A stretch of DNA of 63,684 nt, the filler included, from Octopus bimaculoides (Eukaryota): NCBI RefSeq assembly GCF_001194135.2. It is 4 parts of 3 records of this genome, joined end to end, with 100 filler letters (N's around TTAATTAATTAA, not from the genome) between each part and the next. Parts side by side here need not be neighbours in the genome. Positions count along the whole stretch, not along the records: positions 60,559 to 63,684 come from NC_068996.1; 3 more parts are not named here. One strand, written 5' to 3'. Below, piece after piece: positions 62,898-63,684 of this stretch. Made by a program: the position numbers and the translations under genes. The notes beneath the pieces are model-generated. The model did no database searches. It had not been told where the DNA came from and was given only the letters and a program-made list of their open reading frames with translations. Numbering within the stretch: the first letter of the stretch is position 1; each line of letters begins with the position of its first letter.

Positions 62898-63609
62898 TTA
62901 GGGAAGTGTTCAGACAGCTCTGCAGAAGATGCAAGATTTCGAAGGGGTCCATAGATAAAAAATAGTTGAGAGTCCCTGCTTTAGATCTTTTGAGTATGTG
63001 CTCCTTTTACCTTGAGTGGGGAAAAATTAAACTTGTTGCTGTCAGACATTTTGGCTTTATTTTGCAAATATTTATTTACTCGACAAAGAACATGTCTCGT
63101 TCTTCATCTGGCAAACGTCTCAATAATTTTAAACAAGTTTTCAAACATTTAACATAAAGAAAAATTCAAAGACAAAAAAGAAAATTTACGAAGGGGAAAC
63201 AAGCAACTATCGAGGGAGTGTGTAAGGGATTATATAGTTGGCTTTCAGAACCAGAGAGGAAGTGAGGCGACAGGCTGAGCTGGTGCTCATGGGCAACAGA
63301 TCACAAGAGAAAGGTTATTGGTAGATATTGATTCTTATATTGAACATCATACTTATGGTGCTGTAAGATAGGGTGCGAGCACTGAAGTTACTGAAAATGA
63401 CAATTAGTCAGTTGGAGTTTGCATAAACATGCACAAACTGTTCACTCTCGAACAGCACAAAGTTATTTCAGAACTGGAACCCTTACGAAGTGCCGAAAGA
63501 GAAATGATATAACTGGTGGTGTAAACGCAGTAGAAAGTTCAGCTCTAATATATGTGCTAATAACAGCAAAATGAGAACTTCTCTTAGGATAAGGAATGTC
63601 ACAAGAGGG

Positions 63610-63684
<75 letters not shown>
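63610..63684. repeat. (TA)n-(TG)n microsatellite running to the window end
   Basis: Direct reading. Confidence 0.95.

Overview
AT-rich, gapped animal genomic DNA that is almost entirely repeats and intergenic or intronic sequence. The SINE families, microsatellite density and transposon mix resemble an octopus or other coleoid cephalopod assembly; this is inferred from recognition, not from a database search. I found no intact protein-coding gene, rRNA, true tRNA gene or CRISPR array. Nearly all supplied ORFs are translations of microsatellites, N-gaps or transposon antisense strands. Supported content: decayed mariner copies (one full-length with TIRs), two maT/DD37D-type fragments, RTE-clade LINE fragments, two restriction-like-endonuclease (RLE) LINE fragments, several Penelope-like (GIY-YIG/RT) fragments, a non-autonomous Helitron, three tRNA-derived SINE families in many copies, and about eight foldback or MITE-like inverted repeats. 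Three artificial N44-TTAATTAATTAA-N44 linkers mean neighbouring blocks may not be biologically adjacent. The most interesting signal is a set of minimal type-I hammerhead-ribozyme-like motifs (about 20.3/20.8, 33.6, 34.4, 36.4, 48.2/48.6 kb). They sit at the ends of Penelope remnants and foldback elements, and one lies between 79-bp direct repeats spaced 341 nt apart, like a retrozyme. Ribozyme activity is untested. A CpG-depleted block (50.2-60.5 kb) may be part of a methylated gene body and holds weak exon candidates. Boundaries of decayed elements are approximate.
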